NCBI RefSeq assembly: GCF_006345805.1
Contig: NC_042997.1
Location: forward strand, 74,586,001-74,650,000
Length of the DNA stretch: 64,000 bases
Direction: 5' to 3'
DNA from: Octopus sinensis
Lineage: Eukaryota
Positions 41,792-54,275 of the stretch are shown piece by piece; within the stretch, counting starts at the first letter, position 1, and every line of letters begins with the position of its first letter. The notes beneath the pieces were generated by a model. The model was not told the origin of the DNA and did not search any database. It saw only the letters and a list, made by a program, of their open reading frames with translations. The position numbers were made by a program, and so were the translations under genes.

Positions 41792-44645
41792 ATGCTGCTT
41801 CTCTACTTTCCGATAATATAGTTACATCATCCATAAAAGCCCTTAATGGTGTCTTTGTAACAGCTTTCTCACAGTTTGTAGATCTGAGTAGCATTTCCAT
41901 GACTAGCACGAATAAGATGACTGATATCGTGCATCCGGCTGCAATACCTAGTTCAAGCCATTGCCACTCCGTTGTGAACTTTCTTGCGGTAAATCTCATC
42001 CTCAGGTTGTCGTAGTATGACATGAGCATTCGTTGAACATCTTTTGGAATCTAAAAGAAGTCCATCGCTGTTTTTATTATTGCGTGCGGAACAGATCCAT
42101 AAGCATTGGCAAGATCTAGCCAAACAATATACAGGTTTTTCTTCATTTGTTTTGCACAGGTGATGGCTTCCCAGATGGCAAATGCGTGTTCTATGCACCC
42201 AGGGATTCCGAGGATTCCTGCTTTTTGGATTGCTTCATTAACATACCCATTATGCTGTACAAATCTTATGATTCGTCTAGCAATTATTCCAAACATGATT
42301 TTCCCGTCTGTATTTAGTAGTGAAATTGGTCTAAATTGACCTAGTGTTTTTGTCTCTTTTTCTTTAGGTAGATAGATACCTTCAGCTATACACCATCGCT
42401 CCGCTACATCTTTCTTCTTCCACATTTCTCTTATCAGTGCAAATAGCTGCAAGCGTAATTTCGGGCAATATTTATATACCTTGTAGCTCACTCCATCGTT
42501 CCCTGGTGCACTTTTTGCTCTTGCTTTTCTTATGAACTCATCCATTTCTTTCCGTTTGATGTCACTCAAATCAAATGGTACACTTGGTTCAGGTGGTTTC
42601 TTCAGTCCGTGCATTTCTGGGAGTGCTTCATTTCTGTCAGAGTCGCTGTATGTCTCTTTCAGATGCTGTTTGAGCTCTTCTTTTGTGCAATCCAATTTTC
42701 CGCTTTTACTTTCAGTAAATAGATGTTTCACATATTGATAGGGTTTGTTCACAAAGCTACAATAGTTTTTTTCTCTCTCCTTTCTTCTGCTCCTCCTTCT
42801 TTGTTTTCTTAGCAGATCTCGATGCCTCTTTTTATCTCTTCATACAGCTGCTTTAGCCCTTCTCTTTCCTCCTCCTTCGCATCCCTCCATCTGGTTCTGA
42901 GTTTTTTCTTCTCTTCTCGAATCTTTGCGATCCACCTTTCTCTCCTCGATAGTCCGCTCTTTGCCGTTGATTCTACCTTCCCTGTTGTTTCCAGTCCAAA
43001 TCTTTTCTCTCCTTACTGGTAGATTGTATTAGTCAGGTTTTCGAGCTTTTGTTCATCGTCACCTTTGAATTTGGTGGTCATTCTTGCTACCTCATTGTCA
43101 AATTTTTTATAACTTGCTGCATCATTTGCTTTCGGCCACTTAATATTTGTCCTCTTCACGCCTATCAGTCTTTTTTACTGTTCCAACTCAACCGTGGAAT
43201 GAACCTCGCTATGGTTATTTTCCAGGGGGTTCTGGCCACACGTCTTATGGTTTATCAACCCGCATTGTTGAATTACTTTCTTCTGACACACCTTCCCTTG
43301 GTGGATTTTCAGCCTGATGTAACTAGCAAACACCTTTCCGCAGCAGCTGAACTCTTCATCTACCATTCCTATAACGTTTCCTTTCTCATTGTCCATTTCC
43401 GGTCCAAGTCCATTTCGTTTTTTTCCATCCCTATTTGATCCTTTATTCTCCCCCCGTGGTCAGGGATCATGGGGGCATGATTTCCCATGTTTTTCGTTGC
43501 AATTTTACCCCAGATCGGGCTGCAAGCCCATTTGATCCTTCGTTACGCTGTCGTACTATCAAGCGTCTCTCCACCTTGTCATCCCTTTTTCTGGATTGTC
43601 AGCAAGTCTTTCCCTGCAGTCAGTATCTGAGGAATTACAGCTGAGTTTCGTGGTCTGCTACCACAAGAGCTCCTTTATAGGATCCAGTTAGCTCAAGACA
43701 TCATCAGGAGGAACCACGTCCAGTTTCAGCCCCTACTCCTCTACCGTTTTGACATGGCGGGCCCCCCCCCCTTTCGGAGGTGTCTTCAGCTCTGGTGTTG
43801 GGTGCATGTCTTCTTTCTTCTTTCTTCTGTTCCCTGGCCTCTTCGATGTATCGTCAGCGAGTGTCAGCTGGTGACTGATTGACTTGTCAAATTTTACCCT
43901 ATAAATACCTGCCGCTAGGCTCCAGCAGGCAGCCCCAGCAAGTTGTTACATGACACTGTCTCACTTTAACTGACTAGTGAAGGCACGTAGTTTTAGCCCG
44001 CGCATTTTCTAAATGACCGTCACCTGTCAGTCAGCGAAGCTGATTCAGTGTCAGCTTGTCTCGCCTAATGATGTTATTTCCCACCGGCATGTTATGACTT
44101 TCAAGCCATTTTCAGTCTTCCTGCTTCAGCCATATATAGAAGCTGGCTTTTTCGACCGCCTCCTGTACTCTCCTTATTAGTTTCTGCAGCTCGGAGCTAG
44201 AAAAAACAAATCTTCTTTTGAAAAGCGTCGTCATTTTCCTTTCAATGAAGCCTCTAGCCCCCACTACCAGGTGATAATATTCAACATTCCATCCCCGTTC
44301 TCTGCATTCTTCAATTAGCTTTTCGTATATCTTCTTCTTTAGTTCCTCTGCATTGCCGATGTTCTCTTCCCAAGGTACTGTCAGTTCTAGTAAAATTCCT
44401 ATTCTTCGGTCTCTGTTCCATAGGACTAAATCCGGTCTTTTTGCTGTTTTTATTAATGGAAATATTACTTGTCTTTCCAAGTCCATGGCCACCTCCCAGT
44501 ATCCCTTCCATCTTTCGTCTATCTCGTATACTTTACTTGTAGGCCTGGTTTTATATCCTTTTTCCTCCTTGTGGAAGTATACTTTCCTGCGCTTTTCTAC
44601 TTTTGGGTACTCTCCCCTATTGTACCTCTCGATCTTCTCCTTAAT
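41792..44645 (-). mobile_element. HERO-clade (R2-like, restriction-like endonuclease) non-LTR retrotransposon; partial head-to-tail tandem
   Basis: RLE domain KRPDLVLW..LLELTVPWEE..K..Y..VGARGF at 44112-44492. N-terminal zinc finger CCGK..LKIHQGKVC at about 43290-43350. RT motifs FRPISLLN, QKAG..GCIEH, WLDLANAYGSVPH, GIAAGCTIS, AFMDD. Confidence 0.88.
43695..43746 (-). ncRNA. Hammerhead ribozyme with non-circularly permuted strand order (predicted)
   Basis: CGG-UA-GAGGAG-UAGGGGCU-GAAA-CUG-GACGUGG-UUCCUC-CUGAUGA-UGUCUU. All core nucleotides are present and stems I, II and III pair in the correct register. Confidence 0.65.
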
Positions 44646-44649
44646 TACT

Positions 44650-46850
44650 AAATATATAATTTAATTAATGAATATAGATTAAAAGATAGTCATTTCATTA
44701 TTTTGTTGTTATTGTTGTTGATATTGTTATTATTATTTTTATACTTGTTATATGTGTACTAAAATTAAAAGTATTAAGTATTATTTTTTGGGGAAATAGT
44801 TTTAGTAACGTTAAATAATTTTGAATATGTAGTAAAAATTTTATTTTTCATATACTATTTATTTATAATAATAATATGTACTTTATTTATTCCCTTAATG
44901 AGCGAAGTATTAGATTTAAATATGAATTAATTTACTTATATCATAAGTTTAATTTGTTAGTTAGGATATATTTTGAATATTTATTAGATATATATTTGTT
45001 ATAAGTGATAGTGCAGTTTATGGTTTGTGATGGTATTTTATATATTAGTCAACATGACTTTGTATTATATATTTTGAATTGGATTTATTTTAGATGTTTA
45101 TTTAATTAATAAATATAATTACATTATAGTTTTTAAATTAACTTAGGTATATTAGACTATGGTTATAAAATTGATACTGATTGAATTAGTACTGAGTTTA
45201 TTTAGAATGGGTCCTGGGGTTGATTTGTTCAAATAAAGGTGGGGCTCCAGCGTAACCATATTTATATGAATGAAACAAATAAATTTGTATAAGAGTATTA
45301 GATAATATCAAGTAAATTGTAGTTATATAAATTAATTTAACTATGTGGTAATTTGAGTATATTTGTATTTTCTCGTAGTTAATTTTAAATTTTAGGTTTC
45401 TAGTGAATGATATCCTACAGTTTAGTGATTTTATTCTCTCTTAGAGATTTCATTCTCTTTTTGTTAAAGCTAAAATATATTTGTAGTTTCCATTGATAAA
45501 ATGTATATTTCCATCTGTTTGTTCTATTTCTTTAAGCCACGTCTTCACGAGTAGATTTATAAACGCTAAGTAATACGTTTTTCATTTTGAAATGTTTTAG
45601 TTCATAATACACCTTTTGGAGAGATAAGTATACATTTTTATTTAAGAAATAATAATGTACTCTTTATAAGTATTGATTGATAAATATGAATTTCTAATTT
45701 TTTTTTATTTGTTAATGATATTTTAGATATGTACATTTATTTAATTATTATTTTATAATTGTTATATCTGTACGTAAATTGTAAAATAGTGACAAACTAA
45801 GTTTGTCACTGTGATTTAGATTGTTAAAATGTTTTAGTGTAACTAAAGGTTCTTATTATATTTCTAGTACTATTAAATTTAATAATAATAATAATAATAA
45901 TAATAAGTACTTTTTTCGCAAATAATTTTTTAAACAATAAGTTATACATTTTCAGGTTTGGAATTTTTCATTTCTTATTTTTTATTTTATAAATATTTTT
46001 GGAATGATATCTATAATATTTATTTAAGTAATAATGGAGTAATATATTTATTTATTTATGTTTATCGATTGAAAAAATATGGATTTCTATTTGCTATATT
46101 TGTTGATTATAATTTAGATACGTTCTTTTATATGATTTTATAATTATTATATGTGAACTAAAATCTAAGAATATTAAGTGTGATTGTTTTGTAAAATAGT
46201 TTGGTAATTAAATATTAGAGTATAGCTAGGTTAAAGATATTTTATAGTTTATTAATGTTTTTATTAAAGCTAAATTATATCTTCACAGAGAAATACATTT
46301 TTCTATCTATTTACTCTATTTTTTACCTCAAACATTCAACATGATAAATGTATTGTAGGCAACTGGTCCTAATGTTTTAAATTTCAAATTTAATTAATTC
46401 TTCTATAAGAAAAATCATGATTTTATTTCTTTAAGAAATATTGTTTTATTTTATTTGTTTATTTATTATTGTTATTATTGTTGACCTGAGGAGTGACTAT
46501 AATTTTAAATTGAATTGTTTTTCGATTAAATTTAAATTTAATTGTAATTCGAATTAAAATTATAGCCATGAAACGTACGTAGTCTTTTTGCATATTATAT
46601 ATTGTTTATTCTTTTTGTACTTTTTGTGATCTAGTTATATGTTTTAAAATATATTTTATTTTTTATTTATGATTTGGTTTATGTCTATCATTGTTTGAAT
46701 TGCATAATAGTGTTTTTTCTCTAATTCATATATATTATATATTTATATTGTGAAATTTGATTTAATACTAAATTGAATTTTTCCCTGTAAGTTTGGAGTT
46801 ATACTCCCTTTTATTATTATTATTATTATCATTATTATTATTATTATTAT
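44650..46850 (+). mobile_element. Very AT-rich decayed Penelope-like element with hammerhead-bearing 3' region and (ATT)n end
   Basis: Homologous to 1-650. Ghost of a GIY-YIG tail (YICELKSKNIK, compare YIWxLK) at about 46147-46180. Hammerhead at 46483-46584. Confidence 0.6.
46483..46584 (+). ncRNA. Minimal type I hammerhead ribozyme with a long stem II (predicted)
   Basis: gac-CTGAGGA-gtgactataattttaa...ttaaaattatagccat-GAAA-cgtacg-TA-gtc. Palindromic stem III ACGTACGT. Confidence 0.8.
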
Positions 46851-46854
46851 TATT

Positions 46855-47680
46855 TGGGACGAGGTGGTGAGGCACGACCTTCGAACTTTGGGTCTCACCA
46901 AGGAAATGACTGGAGACCGAGACCTGTGGAGGTGTGCTGTGCGTGGGAGGACCCGGCAAGACCGGTGAGAAGTCAAAATCAAACCAAATCAACATCAGTG
47001 GAAATTGCAGCTGTGGTTAAGTGAACCATCCGATCGTTTGTCTGTTGCCAGCCTCGCCTGGCCTCCGTGCCGTTGGCACATAAAAGCACCACCCGCACAT
47101 GTCCGTTGCCAGCCTCGCCTGGCCCTTGTGATGGTAGCACGTAAAAACACCATCCGTTCGTGTCCGTTGCCAGCCTCGCCCGGCCCCCGTGCCGTTGGCA
47201 CGTAAAACCACCATCCGCTCGTGTCCGTTGCCAGCCTCGCCTGGCCCCCGTGCCATTGGCACGTAAAAGCACCATCCGCTCGTGTCCGTTGCCAGCCTCG
47301 CCTGGCCCCCGTGCCATTGGCACGTAAAAGCACCATCCGCTCGTGTCCGTTGCCAGCCTCGCCTGGCCCCATGCCGGTAGCACGTAAAAGCACCATCTGT
47401 TCGTGTCCGTTGCCAGCCTCGCCTGGCCCCCGTGCCGGTGGCACGTAAAAGCACCATCCGTTCATGGCCGTTTGCCAGCTCCGTCTGGCACCTGTGCAGG
47501 TGGCACGTAAAAAGCACCCACTACACTCACGGAGTGGTTGGCGTTAGGAAGGGCATCCAGCCGTAGAAACACTGCCAAATCTGACTGGGCCTGATGAAGC
47601 CTTCCGGCTTCACAGACCCCAGTTAAACCGTCCAACCCATGCTAGCATGGAAAACGGACGCTAAATGATGATGATGATGA
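46855..47680 (+). mobile_element. RTE LINE 3' end with 8 copies of the 60-61 bp repeat
   Basis: Matches 57490-58430. Array at 47025-47520, then a (GAT)n tail. Confidence 0.92.
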
Positions 47681-47705
47681 TATATATATATATATATATA
47701 TACAT

Positions 47706-49905
47706 ACATCATCATCATTCAATGTCCATTGTTCATGCTGGTATGGGTTGGATGGTTTGACCAGAGTTGGTAAGCTGAGGAGCTGCATTAGACTCCAGCT
47801 GGATGCCTTCCTAACACTAAACACTCCACAGAATGTGCTGGGTGCTCTTATGAGGCACTGCATGGGTGCTTTTAGATGGCACTGCACAGGAGCTTTTACG
47901 TGGCACTCCATGGGTGCTTTTACATCTCACTGTATGGGCATGTTTACATGGCACAACACAGGTGCTTTTACATGGTATGGCATAGTTGCTTTTACATAGG
48001 GCTGCCACAAATCTTAACACTCCTGCTGCAGAATACGGGTCTTGTTGAGTATGGCCAAGCACCAGGCATCTCAGTCCTTTGTCATCTCACCCGAAAGGTT
48101 CAGTGTCTTCAGTACTCCATCCTATGTCTTCTTGGGTTTCCCACTTCCACATGATTTATCCACTTTGAGAGATCAGCACTTCCTTATGGAGCTGTCAGCA
48201 TCTATCCACATCACATGACCAAGCCAGCGAGTCTTCTCTCTTGCACACAACAACCAATTCCTCATATGCCTAACTTCTCTCTCAGAACACTAGCACTCTG
48301 TCGAATATGTATGTACACTTACATTACACATCCAACAGAGTATACTAGCCTCATTCCTTTCTAACCTTCACATGTCCTCTGCATTCAGAACGCATGTCTC
48401 ACTACCATGTAGAATTTCTGTCCATACACATGCCTCATACAATCTTCCTTTCATTTGGGGAGAAAAAACCTTTCATGGCCAACAGAGTTAATAGCTCTCT
48501 GAACTTCCTCCTTCCTATTCTCATTCTAGCTATCACACTCTCCGTGCATCCTCCCCTACTACTCATTTGGTCCCCTAGGCAGTAGAAATTATCTACTACC
48601 TCTAATGAGCCACCAGGGCATTTGAGAGAATCAATTTCCTGGATACCTAAAGTTTTTATGGATCTTGTGCATCTTCCACATATGAAAACTATCTTTTCTG
48701 ATAACCTTCCTATTAATCCACTGCATCTCTTGTGTGTCCATAGCTTATACTGGGTTCACCATACAGAGTTCGTGCCTACACCTTTCCTATAAATTGGGTC
48801 CTGTCAGTTTTCTTGTTTACTAGGACCTTAGTCTTTGCTAAGTTAACATTAAAGACCTTAGATTCCATGTTTTGCTTTCACACCTTGAATTTCTCATCTA
48901 GTTCTGAAATGGAATCCAGATAGTAGTTCCCAGGAGCTACAAGTCTTGACTTCCTCTGTTATGGCCTGGAGGACAATGATGAAAAGGAGGGGACTAAGGA
49001 CTGAGCCTTGATGAACCCCTACTTGAACACCAAATTCTCTGCTGTACTCATGGTTAACTCTCACCTTACTAACAGCATCTTTATACCTGGCCTGTGCAAC
49101 TTTCACCAGCCACTCATCTATCCCTAACCTACTCAAAGCCCATCATATCACACAGTAGAGCACTCAATCGAAGGTTTTTCCGAGATCAATGAGTGCCAGG
49201 TATAATTGCTTATTCTTTTTAAGTACTTCTCTTGCAGTTGTCTGACTATGAAAATAGTGTCAGTAGTGTTTCTTACCTGGACAAAGCCTAACTGTATTTT
49301 GTATAGCCTAATTCTGCTCCTAATTAACTGAGCTATAACTCTCCATAATTTTTATCCCCTGGTTCAGGAGTTTAATGTCTCTATAATTGCTTCTATCTAA
49401 TGCATCACTCTTACACTTGTAGCAGCTAACAATTATGCTGCTATGTCAGTCAGTGGGTATTACACCTTTCTGAATGATCTGATTAACTATGCTGGTGACC
49501 AGCCTGTATTCTATCTTACTGGATATTTTGAGCATCTCAGCAATGATTCCGAATGGACCAGGGGCTTTCCTGGTTTTCATGTTTTTAATTGCCTTATCTA
49601 CCATACTGCTGTCCACTAGGATAACCAGTCCCTCTGTTCACATGAGGGAAACTCTCTTTATCCCATTCATTCTCTGCACTCAGCAGTCTTGCATAATACA
49701 TTTTCCACATCACTACATGCAAGCATACCTTTATTCACCCACACACACTTCCCTCCTACAATATCTTAATTCTCACAGACACATTGTCTCGCAATTCAGA
49801 ACATTTCAAGTCTCTGATATTCATGCTATAGGACTTTGACAAACCTCTTCATTTCCATTTCTACTCTAATTAGATGGACTTGACATCTCGCTCCCCTTTT
49901 AGCCT
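47706..49905 (-). mobile_element. Older RTE LINE 3' half, tail to tail with the previous copy
   Basis: GVHQGSVLSPLLFIIVLQAITEE in ORF 48894-49136. (CAT)n at 47706. Confidence 0.88.
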
Positions 49906-49927
49906 TCTGATAAGATACTTTGCTACC

Positions 49928-50000
<73 letters not shown>

Positions 50001-50007
50001 TATATAT

Positions 50008-53000
50008 ACTAACTTCAGAAAACCTGCCAGTCACCTGTTCACCTACCAGTCTGGTGGACACACTAGTCAGACTGACTACATTCTCCACCATGAAACAGGA
50101 ATGATGGTTACTTAAAAATGCCAAAACCTTCCCAGGTGAAGAATGCACCCCATAACATAGGTTAGTAGTTAGCAACTTCAGGATCAGGACTAAATTGAGG
50201 CCCTGAATATGACTGGCATGGAAAAGAAGGGTCTGGAAGCTTAAGGATCCCCTGAATGACAGAAATTTAGAGATGTTTAATCGAAGCTTTTGACGAAAAA
50301 GAGGAGGATATAGCATCACATAATATGGAAGACAACTGGAGATTCCTACAGGACAACATGCTGAGGGCTACTGACCAGATCTGTCGATGGTGAAAAGTTC
50401 CCTCTCAACTTAAGGTAATGTGGTGGTGGAACAATGTAGTTGACAAGGCCATTAGGGAAAAAAAAAACAGGCGTGGAAAGACTGGAAGAATGGTGGTATC
50501 AGGGAACTGTATCAGATTACTAGAAGGGAAGCTAGGAGACAGGTTTACTTAGCCAGAGGGAAAGCAGATAAGAAAAAATTTGCCAATGTTCTACATCATG
50601 AGGACCAAAGACTTGAAGTGTTTCACGTTGCAAGACAGTGAAGGAGAGAAAATCATGATGTTATGACATGAGGGAGAGATGTGAAGATGCCACTATGAAA
50701 GATTGCTAAATGAAGAGAATGAATGGGAGAAAGAGAGTCTGCCAAATATTGACTCAACAGAGGTTATCAGCTATCCGAATTGACAGTACCTTGGTAGATA
50801 AAGCAATTAAGGGTATGAAGACAGGAAAAGACCCTGGCCCATCAGGAATCCCTGCAGAGATGCTTAAAATATCTGGCAGTGTCAGCTGTAGTCTAGTCAC
50901 CCATATAGTCAATCAGGTGATACATGAAGGAGTCATAACCAATGACTGGTGTAGCAGCACAATAGTCAACTGTTACAAAGATAAAGGTGAGGCATGAGAT
51001 ATGAATAATTACAGAGGTATCAAGTTATTAGATCTGGTGATGAAAGTCATGGAGAGAGTTAATTTAGACGAGATGCAGTTTGAGTTTGTGCCAGGGAGAA
51101 GCTCCAATGCTATATTTCTGGTAAGACAGCTGCAGGAGAAATACCTAGCCAAAGATAAACCTCTATAATTGGCTTTCATTGACATGGAAACTAGGGGTAG
51201 ATGAGTGGTTAGTGAGAGCTGTACAAGTCATGTACCAGGAGGCTGTCATTAAGATGAAGGTTGGCAACGAGTATAGTAAAGAATTCCGGGTAGGGGTAGG
51301 GATCCAACAAGGATCAGTCCTCAGCCTCCTCTTATTCATCATAGTCTTCCAGGCAATAACAGGATTTCAAGACAGGATGCCGCTAGGAGCTCCTCTATGC
51401 TGATGACCTTGCGCTAATAGCTGAGTCACTATCAGAACTAGAGGAGAAGTTTCAGGTGTGGAAGCAAGGTCTAGAATTGAAGATACTTAAGAGTAAATCT
51501 AGCAAAAACCAAAGTCTTAGTAAGTAGGAAGGCAGACAAATCACAAATCCCTTCAGGTAGATGGCCCTGCTCAATCTGTAGAAAAGGTGTAGGTAGAAAC
51601 TCCATAAGATGTACCCAGTGTAGGGTATGGACACATAAAAGGTGCAGCAATATCAGAGGAAGGCTAACTGGGAAGTTAGTGTTTCATGTGGCAATTGACT
51701 TCTCTGATACTTTCAAACCTACTTTCTTGCTATCACGATTAACAGAATCCTCTTGCTAGTTTGGGGTCCAGTTAAGACTTCCTGACGAACTCAGATTTTA
51801 GATTTTACCTCTTTCTCTCCAAGCCTATCTTAATTATCAAATAATAAATATTATCGACACTTTCGTCTTGTTCCACTATGCCAGTCAGAACCCATCGCAC
51901 AGCTTCCACACATGTGTTCCTTGACCATTTCTTTCCCCCCCTCCTCCCCAACTAACCCTGTCCCTCTCCCTATGTCTTCTATATGCCCCCGTCTTCGATA
52001 ACCACCATCGCCATCGCTAAGCCCACTCGCTTTCAACTCCACTACGAATGCACAGCTCATGAACGGCTAAAAGTTAAGATTTCTTCTTTCAACCTCGCTT
52101 CCTACTACCCTCTGCACGTATAATCACTATTCTTTCAGTTTCCTTCAATTTCTCTGCCACACGTATATGTGGCAGAGGTACAGGAGCAATAAATACTGAA
52201 AATGTGCAGAAAACAGCTTCCATCACATGACAGGGGAAAAAAGTAGAAATAGTTGACAGCTTCCATTACTTAGGTGACCAAGTCAGTAGCTGGAGAGTGT
52301 AGCTGCTAGAATAAGAATAGCCTGGACAAAGTTTAGAGAGCTACTAACTCTGCAGGTAACAAAGGGTCTCTTGCTCAGAGTGAAAGGTAGACTGTATGAC
52401 ACACGCGTATGAACTGCCATGCTACATGGCAGTGAAACATGGGCTGTGACAGCTGAGGACAAGTGTAGGCTTGCAAGAAAGGAAGCTAGTATGCTCCATT
52501 GGATGTGTAATGTCAGTGTGCATACACAACAGCGTGTAAGTGCTCTGAGAGAAAAGTTGGACATATGAAGCATCAGGTGTGGTGTGCAAGAGAGACGACT
52601 GTGCTGGTGTGGTCATGTGCTGCGTATGGATGAGGAGAGCTGTGTGAAGAAGTATCACACTCTAACAGTGAAGGGAACCTGTGGAAGAGGTAGACCCAAG
52701 AAGACCTGGTATGAAGTGGTGAAGCATGACTTTCAAACGCTGGGCCTCACTGAGGCAATAACAAATGACTGAGACCTGCGGAGATAGGCTGTGCTTGAGA
52801 AGACACAGCAAGCCAAGTGAGACCATAACCCTGGCCTATGCCAGTGTCACATAACCAGCCCATTTAAGAGTACTCTTCAATCATTGGGCAATATACTGTG
52901 TTTGAGAAGACCTGTTGAGTCAAGAGAAATCATTGTTGTGGCCGGTGCCAGTACCACCTGACTGGCACCTGTGCTGGTGGCACATATAAAGCACCAAACG

Positions 53001-53289
53001 AATGTGGTTGATGCATTGCTGTCTGACCAGTCCCGTGCTGGTGTCATGTAAAAAGCACCATTTGAGTGTGTTTGTTACCAGTACTGCCTGACTGGCCCCT
53101 GTGCCGGTGGCATGTAAAAAGCACCCACTACACTCTCAGAGTGGTTGGCGTTAGGAAGGGCACCCTGTAGAAACCTTGCCAGATCAGATTGGAGGCTGGT
53201 GCAGCCTCCTGTCTTGTCAGTCCTTAGTCAAACCATCCAACCCATGCCAGCATGGAAAGCAGATGTTAAATGATGATGATGATGATGAT
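50008..53289 (+). mobile_element. Decayed RTE LINE interrupted by an insertion at 51694-52166
   Basis: Colinear with 55140-58430, with many stops and a (GAT)n tail. Confidence 0.9.
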
Positions 53290-53303
53290 AACTATGGTGA
53301 CTG

Positions 53304-53449
53304 GTACATCCTCAAAATTTATTTCCATTTATTTTACAGTATGTCATACAGCATATTTATGATGACCTAACTGTATAGGTTATTATAGCCATAACAATAT
53401 GCTGTATGACATACTGTAAAATAAAAGGAAAAAAATTTTGAGGATGTAC
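53304..53449. repeat. 146 bp palindrome/hairpin
   Basis: gtacatcctcaaaattt...tacagtatgtcatacagcatatt pairs with aatatgctgtatgacatactgta...aaattttgaggatgtac. Confidence 0.85.
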
Positions 53450-53891
53450 TTGTCTCCACATACTCACTATCAGTATAATTATTGTAAATCTACACTCCAT
53501 ATAATATTATAATCTAGTGAAGCAAACATAGAATTACCCATTGGAGGAATTTACTGTGTGAGTGACAATACCTAGTAGTCATAGACATTAAATACTAATC
53601 AATGAGGTTAGCCATAACCTGGAATATAACTGAGAGCTACCACAGTATCTACCTGGATAGTATATCCCTCTAAACTTACATTAATATATATATATTTTAA
53701 TACTAGCACATCTGTTGAAAGTTTTATTAATGATAGAAAATGGTGCACTAAAACAAGACAAACCATTGATAGATGTCAGTAATTGAGTAAGTATATGTAT
53801 AAACACAGAATTGAAGCATATGAGTAATTAGATATAGTTGTAATGACTTGGTTGAAAATATTATTGTCCATGTAATATATATGTATATATA

Positions 53892-53935
<44 letters not shown>

Positions 53936-54275
53936 ATTTTCAACTCCACTACGAATGCACAGCTCATGAACGGCTAAAAGTTAAGATTTCTTCTTTCAAC
54001 CTCGCTTCCTACTACCCTCTGCACGTATAATCACTATTCTTTCAGTTTTCTTCAATTTCTCTCTCATATTTTCCTTTCAGTACCCTCTATTCATATTTTC
54101 TTTCAGTTTTCAACATACCATTCATGTAATGTTTTTCGTTTAGTCTTGTCTCGTCTCCCTATTTGCTCCCGTTTCATAGCCACTCATCGTCTCCCCTAAA
54201 AATTGACTTCTCTGATACTTTCAAACCTACTTTCTTGCTATCACGATTAACAGAATCCTCTTGCTAGTTTGGGGT

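Noticed and set aside
43760-43860. Additional CUGAAGA..GAAA and CUGACGA..GAAG motifs on the minus strand
   Set aside because: No stem I, II or III pairing could be built around them.
44650-46450. AT-rich block as a NUMT or endosymbiont insert
   Set aside because: No mitochondrial gene, tRNA or rRNA motifs were recognised. A second dispersed copy and a terminal hammerhead favour a Penelope derivative.
47025-47520. Regular 61-bp periodicity resembling a CRISPR array (also 57650-58265)
   Set aside because: The whole unit repeats with no unique spacers, there are no cas genes, and the context is a eukaryotic LINE 3' UTR. The many overlapping ORFs here are repeat artefacts.
51775-51820. CTGACGA in the permuted insert
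   Set aside because: No downstream GAAA or stem III; at most a truncated remnant.
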